Positions 36,906-41,966 of a stretch of 41,966 bases of DNA are shown one piece after another. Made by a program: the position numbers and the translations under genes. Origin of the DNA: Candidatus Geocrenenecus huangii (GTDB taxonomy: Archaea > Thermoproteota > Nitrososphaeria_A > Caldarchaeales > Wolframiiraptoraceae); NCBI GenBank assembly GCA_023254095.1, contig JALNLM010000008.1, positions 1 to 41,966 of the forward strand, in the 5' to 3' direction. Each line of letters begins with the position of its first letter. Within the stretch, counting starts at the first letter, position 1. The notes beneath the pieces are model-generated. The model did no database searches. It worked only from the letters and a program-made list of their open reading frames with translations, and was not told the origin of the DNA.

Positions 36906-38771
36906 ATGGTTAAAGGTGGTTTTGTAGGAAAAATTCTTAGAGTTGACTTATCCCGTCAAAAGATATGGTTTGAACCTCTGCCCGAAGATCCTATACTCAG
37001 AAAGTTTGTTGGATGCTGGGGGCTCGGCTTAAAGCTTCTCTATGATATGTGTCCTCCGGGAATTCACCCGCTAGAACCTAGCAATCCACTAATATTTATG
37101 ACTGGGCCGCTTACAGGGATACCAGGTATCCCAGCGGCTAATAACACTACTTTGACTACTCTTAATGGGGATACTGGATTCACAGCTGGTAGGTCTCATA
37201 CACATGGATGGTTTGGTCCAAACCTAAAATTCGCTGGGTACGATGGGATAATAATAACTGGTGCTTCTGATGAGTGGGTCTATCTCTGGATCAATGATGG
37301 TGAAGTAGAGCTTAGAGATTCTAGTAAATTCCTGGGAAAAGACACTCATGAAACAGAAGATTTAGTTAAGCAAGATGTCGGTGAACCTAAGGCGAGTGTT
37401 GCAGCTATTGGGCCTGCTGGCGAGAACCTATGTCATGGTGCATTAATCGAGAATGACAAGAACCACTCGTTCTCTCATTCTGGTGTAGGACGTGTTATGG
37501 GCAGCAAGAAGCTTAAAGCTATAGCTGTCTATGGAACGGGGAGGGTCCCAGTATATGATGAAGAAAAACTGAGAGAAGTTGCAAAGATGTGGCATGAAAA
37601 TTTATTCAAGAGCGATGTAGCTAAAGGCTTAGCGAGAGGAGGAATACCAAGAGACGAATACAATTATGCTAAATCCATGTCGATAACATCCGCTAAAAAC
37701 TTTCTAGAAGTGAGTCCACCACAATGGGGCGTGGGAATGTCTAAACACAAGATAACTCCTAAGCCTTGCTTCGCTTGCCCGATAGCATGTAGCTATGATA
37801 TAGAGATAGTTGAAGGACCTAAGAAAGGATATGTAGCAACACCCGCAGGCGGAGGAGAAAATCTTGAGGGAGCAGCATCGATAGTAGGAGTATATGATAG
37901 TAACTGGGTCTTCTACTTGATAGATCTATGCGATAGACTCGGATTCGAATCCAGCACGATAGGATGCACTATAGCACTATGCATAGAATGCTATGAGAAA
38001 GGTTTACTGAAGAAAGAAGAAATAGACGGTATAGAACTGAGATGGGGAGACCCTGAACTAATAGATAGGCTCCTACATATGGCTGCGAAGAAAGAAGGAA
38101 AAATAGGTAAACTACTCGCTCTAGGACCTAAAGGTGCAGCAGAGTATATAGGTGGAGATGCATGGAAGTATACCATACATGTTAAGGGGACAGGCATGAA
38201 TCTACATGATTGGAGAGCGGCCATGGGCATAATGCTTGGGCAGATAGTGGGTGGAGGATCAGGATGGCCAGCTCCTGCAGCTGATGCATGGGCTACGGAA
38301 CCGGACGTAGGTTACCCAGAGTATGAAGACCCGGTCAATCCAAGGCTTAAACCGTTAGCGGTAGCTAAGACGTGGCCTAAGAAGTATTGGGATGACTGTA
38401 ATGGTACATGCTGGTTTGCCACATGGGGTGTGCCTGGAGCATTAAGATTTACTTCAGGAGCGGTGGCCGCGGCTACTGGATGGGACTTCACTGCTGAAGA
38501 GGCATTACAAGTAGGTGAAAGATTAGTACATCTAGAGAGAGTATTCAATGTAAAACATGGATTAACAGTAGAAGATGATACATGTGTTCCACCCAGAATA
38601 GTTGAGGCTCCACCTAGTGGTAAAGCTGCAGGCAAACCCATGGCCCCGTATGTAGAGTGGATGGTTAAAGAAACCTATAGGCTTCTAGGATGGGATGAGA
38701 AGACGGGTAAACCATTAAAGAGCACGTTAAAGAAAGCTGGGCTAGAAGAGTACATTAAAGATATCTGGTAG
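36906..38771 (+). CDS. Aldehyde:ferredoxin oxidoreductase family (tungstopterin) enzyme
   Basis: GKILRVDLS, LKFAGYDGIIITG, IGPAGEN, VMGSKKLKAI, CFACPIAC Fe-S motif, HVKG, ERVFN, GWD..G.P. Confidence 0.9.
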   Translation: MVKGGFVGKILRVDLSRQKIWFEPLPEDPILRKFVGCWGLGLKLLYDMCPPGIHPLEPSNPLIFMTGPLTGIPGIPAANNTTLTTLNGDTGFTAGRSHTHGWFGPNLKFAGYDGIIITGASDEWVYLWINDGEVELRDSSKFLGKDTHETEDLVKQDVGEPKASVAAIGPAGENLCHGALIENDKNHSFSHSGVGRVMGSKKLKAIAVYGTGRVPVYDEEKLREVAKMWHENLFKSDVAKGLARGGIPRDEYNYAKSMSITSAKNFLEVSPPQWGVGMSKHKITPKPCFACPIACSYDIEIVEGPKKGYVATPAGGGENLEGAASIVGVYDSNWVFYLIDLCDRLGFESSTIGCTIALCIECYEKGLLKKEEIDGIELRWGDPELIDRLLHMAAKKEGKIGKLLALGPKGAAEYIGGDAWKYTIHVKGTGMNLHDWRAAMGIMLGQIVGGGSGWPAPAADAWATEPDVGYPEYEDPVNPRLKPLAVAKTWPKKYWDDCNGTCWFATWGVPGALRFTSGAVAAATGWDFTAEEALQVGERLVHLERVFNVKHGLTVEDDTCVPPRIVEAPPSGKAAGKPMAPYVEWMVKETYRLLGWDEKTGKPLKSTLKKAGLEEYIKDIW

Positions 38772-38842
38772 GAATAAACCCTAAATCCATTTTATTTTTC
38801 AATAATCTTTTCTTCATGGATCTCCGTTGGAGGACCTGCATC

Positions 38843-40030
38843 ATGGCTTTACCTCTTGAAGAAGTTAGGGTACTGGATTTCACAAGAGTTATGGCCGGCC
38901 CCTTCGCAACGATGCTCCTAGGAGATCTAGGGGCAGACGTCATCAAGGTTGAACCTCCAGGTGGAGACGATACTAGAGGTTGGGGGCCACCATGGATAGG
39001 TGGAGACTCCGGATATTTCATGAGCGTTAACAGAAACAAGAGAAGCATAATCATAGACTTAAAGAAGCCTGAGAGCTGGAAGATAGTAAAGAAGCTGGTT
39101 AAGAAATCCGACATAGTAGTAGAAAACTTTAGACCCGGGGTAGCAGAAGAACTAGGCATAAGCTACAGTAGGCTCTCACAGATAAACCCTAGAATAATAT
39201 ATTGTAGCATATCGGGATTCGGGCAGAGCGGGCCATATCGTGATAAGCCTGGATACGACTTGATCGCTTTAGCGATGAGCGGGCTCATGAGTATTACTGG
39301 AGAGCCCAAGAGGCCTCCGGTGAAATTTGGTGTACCGATAGCAGACCTGACCACGGCGTTGTTCGCGGTCATCTCAATACTCTCAGCACTCTACTGGAGA
39401 GAGAAGACTGGTAGAGGCCAATACATAGACATGGCCTTACTAGATGTCCAGATCCTACTCTTAACTCATCAAGCATTCAACTATTTCGCAACAGGTACGG
39501 AGCCTGAGAGGATGGGTTCAGCTCACCCAAACATCGTTCCATACCAAGCATTCCAAACTGCTGATGGATACATCGTGGTAACGGTTGGAAGCGAGAAACT
39601 ATGGGAGAAATTCTGTAAGGCTATAGGGAGACCCGACCTCATGGAAAACCCCAAATTTAGAACAAATGCTGATAGAGTAATCAATAGAGAAGAACTCATA
39701 GAGGAATTAAGCAGAATCCTCAGATCTAAACCTACAGACTTCTGGCTAGAAGTATTGGAGAAGGCTGGGGTACCAGCTGCGCCTATCTTGACCGTTGGTC
39801 AAGCATTAAATGACGAGCATGTAAAATATCGTGGGATGGTAGTCGAGGTGCAGCATCCAGAAGCAGGCTTCATCAAGATGCTTGGAACACCATTCAAGCT
39901 ATCTGAAACACCTGGTAGTCTCAGAACTCCCCCGCCGACAAGGGGTCAACACACATATGAGATACTTAGAGAGCTAGGCTTCACAGATGAAGAAATAAGA
40001 ACACTGAAGAATAAGCATGTAGTGGAATGA
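38843..40030 (+). CDS. Family III CoA-transferase (CaiB/BaiF)
   Basis: VLDFTRVMAGP, LGADVIKVEPP, NRNKRS, ENFRPG, ISGFGQSGP, catalytic Asp in PIAD. Start moved to ATG 38843 (GGAGG upstream). Confidence 0.93.
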   Translation: MALPLEEVRVLDFTRVMAGPFATMLLGDLGADVIKVEPPGGDDTRGWGPPWIGGDSGYFMSVNRNKRSIIIDLKKPESWKIVKKLVKKSDIVVENFRPGVAEELGISYSRLSQINPRIIYCSISGFGQSGPYRDKPGYDLIALAMSGLMSITGEPKRPPVKFGVPIADLTTALFAVISILSALYWREKTGRGQYIDMALLDVQILLLTHQAFNYFATGTEPERMGSAHPNIVPYQAFQTADGYIVVTVGSEKLWEKFCKAIGRPDLMENPKFRTNADRVINREELIEELSRILRSKPTDFWLEVLEKAGVPAAPILTVGQALNDEHVKYRGMVVEVQHPEAGFIKMLGTPFKLSETPGSLRTPPPTRGQHTYEILRELGFTDEEIRTLKNKHVVE

Positions 40031-40061
40031 CATCAATGCTAGGCTATGGTACGTCTGGTTA

Positions 40062-40664
40062 TTAAGCTAGGGGGGACTCATGCTTTAAGTGTTCCCCGAC
40101 AACTCTGACTACTTCATGGAATACCTCTCCAATATTTTTCGAAGCGTCGATTACTATCAAACCATCTTCTTCAGCCAGCCTCAAGTACTCCTCTCGAACC
40201 CTTTCTAGGAAGCTTTCTTCTTCAAATCTCGTCCTATGTCTTCTAATCCTACTCAACCCGACCTTCGGCTCAACATCTAAGAGGAGCGTCAAATCAGGTT
40301 TACGAGCAAACTTATTTATTTCTCTAACCCATTTCCGTTCCCCCGTCGTTACGGTCTGATATGCTAGAGAAGAGTAAACATATCTATCTGAGACGACTAC
40401 GTAGCTCTTCTCGAGATATGGTAGGATAATTCTATTCAAATGCTCCAGTCTATCTGCAGCGAAGAGCAATGCCTCAACTCTAGAGTCTACATCTCTCCGC
40501 TTAACTATACTCTTCAATATTCTACCTACAGCTCCATTAGTAGGCTCTCTGGTATACAGAGACCGTACACCATGTTTGCTTAACCACTTAACTAACTTCT
40601 TGGAATGAGTTGTCTTCCCGCTTCCATCTATCCCCTCGATAGATATGAAAACTCCGCCCCCCAT
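40062..40664 (-). CDS. tmk: Thymidylate (dTMP) kinase
   Basis: EGIDGSGKTT, TREP, LLFAADR, SDRYVYSSLAYQ, PDLTLLLD. Confidence 0.96.
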   Translation of the reverse strand: MGGGVFISIEGIDGSGKTTHSKKLVKWLSKHGVRSLYTREPTNGAVGRILKSIVKRRDVDSRVEALLFAADRLEHLNRIILPYLEKSYVVVSDRYVYSSLAYQTVTTGERKWVREINKFARKPDLTLLLDVEPKVGLSRIRRHRTRFEEESFLERVREEYLRLAEEDGLIVIDASKNIGEVFHEVVRVVGEHLKHESPLA

Positions 40665-40711
40665 AATATACCGAACAGAAGTAGCTATCCAGATATTTTA
40701 GAATTCTAATC

Positions 40712-41935
40712 CTAGGATCCATTACTTCCATTAAATCCGTTGATGAAAAGTTTGCCTAGACCTGCCCTCTCTTTAAATTCCCTGTCTTCCCTCAATGCAT
40801 CCAGAAACTCGTCTAGAGGTGTACGAGCTACACATACGTATGTGTCTGCCGCACCATAGTATACAAGAAGTTCTCTATCTCTTATCGCGGCCCCACACGT
40901 GTATGTAACGCCTGGCTTAAACCCAGTATACTCATAATGTTGGTCGGGTTCGATAACTGGAAAACTCGAAACATAGAGTACTTCTTCAGGCTTATCTAGG
41001 TCTAGAAGCATAACGCCTATCTTGTACTTCCATGGCTCTCTCTTACTTAGTCCATGATAGAATAGGAGCCATCCTTCATCTGTTTTTATCGGTGGTGCTC
41101 CAGGACTCTTAATTCTTTCCTCCCATCCATTAGAGTTAGAGTATGGTGTATAATGACTTTCTATGTATTCTCCGTCGTTGAACTCGAGTTTATCCAGATA
41201 GCATATCCGGATTCTAGGAGAGATGCTGTGCAGTATAGCATATCTCCCATCAATCTTCTCTGGAAAGAGTACAAAATTCTTATGAACTTCGTTTGGCTTT
41301 GATATTATTTTCTCCTCTCTCCAATTCCATCTCCTATTTACGAAATCATCCATAGGTATAGATGTTAAGCCTACTCTCAGCCCATCTGGCCCGAAAGCAT
41401 TATACGTCATATAGACCTTGTTATCTTCTTTCATCACAACTATTCTAGGGTCTTCGCATCCACCATATCCTCCACCTGAAGGAGACGGATTATATGAAAG
41501 ACTACTCATCTCACGTTGATATATTGGGTAAGGTAGCCGTTCATCTACTTTGAACCCATCACTTGAAACGGCATACCCAAACCTAGATATTCCGTCAAAA
41601 CCGATAGCTCTATAAACTATGTGGATCTTCCCATCTAGAAGAAGAATTCCTGGATTGAATGTTTGATAAGCTTCCCAAAAATTCTCAAGCCTAGGTTTAA
41701 CTATCGGGTTAACTGGAGACTTTGTCAATAATAGCTTCTTTCCAAAAGCTTTCCACTCATCAATTCTCGGAATACTTTCTGCAACGGTCTCTACTACTAA
41801 TGTCTGCTCAGAAGTTCTACTCTGCAGCTTCTCAGTCTTTCTCCGAGTTATATGTGGCTTCCTTGAAAAGCAACGAGTCCTTAGTTTTCCTGCCGAAGTT
41901 TTCTGTCTTGATTTTCTAGACCCCCTAGTTTTCAT
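40712..41935 (-). CDS. GH130 family glycosidase/phosphorylase (5-bladed beta-propeller)
   Basis: NPIVKP, FNPG, YRAIG, GCEDPR, KNFVLFPEKI, PPIKTDEGWLLFYHG, YYGAAD. Start codon uncertain. Confidence 0.88.
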   Translation of the reverse strand: MKTRGSRKSRQKTSAGKLRTRCFSRKPHITRRKTEKLQSRTSEQTLVVETVAESIPRIDEWKAFGKKLLLTKSPVNPIVKPRLENFWEAYQTFNPGILLLDGKIHIVYRAIGFDGISRFGYAVSSDGFKVDERLPYPIYQREMSSLSYNPSPSGGGYGGCEDPRIVVMKEDNKVYMTYNAFGPDGLRVGLTSIPMDDFVNRRWNWREEKIISKPNEVHKNFVLFPEKIDGRYAILHSISPRIRICYLDKLEFNDGEYIESHYTPYSNSNGWEERIKSPGAPPIKTDEGWLLFYHGLSKREPWKYKIGVMLLDLDKPEEVLYVSSFPVIEPDQHYEYTGFKPGVTYTCGAAIRDRELLVYYGAADTYVCVARTPLDEFLDALREDREFKERAGLGKLFINGFNGSNGS

Positions 41936-41966
41936 TTTTCGACTTTCGCCTCATGCTTTCACGTCA

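Noticed and set aside
1-41966. CRISPR array, IS element, provirus, intein or rRNA
   Set aside because: No spaced repeats, transposase, integrase or capsid motifs were seen. NrdD, Cdc6 and DP1 have normal lengths with no intein signatures.

Overview
Core chromosomal segment of an anaerobic, probably thermophilic archaeon. The combination of Cdc6 next to the PolD small subunit, a crenarchaeal-order archaellum cluster and a tungsten-AOR family gene suggests an Aigarchaeota/Nitrososphaerota-type lineage (inference). The window holds tRNA-Glu(CTC), the SRP RNA gene, a replication origin with three ORB boxes upstream of cdc6-polD1, an archaellum cluster with a divergent archaellin and three unusual accessory genes, class III ribonucleotide reductase (nrdD/nrdG), dnaG, pelota, a fragment of the A/V-type ATP synthase operon (I, F, E), ilvD, a homocitrate-synthase-like enzyme, an AOR plus CoA-transferase pair, tmk and a GH130 gene. 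Two signals stand out. (1) A perfect 21-bp palindrome (1944-1964) lies between a TATA box and a decayed cobalamin-uptake gene chimera that runs into the B12-independent nrdD, suggesting a protein-controlled B12 regulon without a riboswitch. (2) The archaellum motor operon starts with a V4R ligand-binding gene and has no che genes in the window. No CRISPR array, transposase or integrase was seen. All family assignments come from motif recognition by eye, not from database searches.
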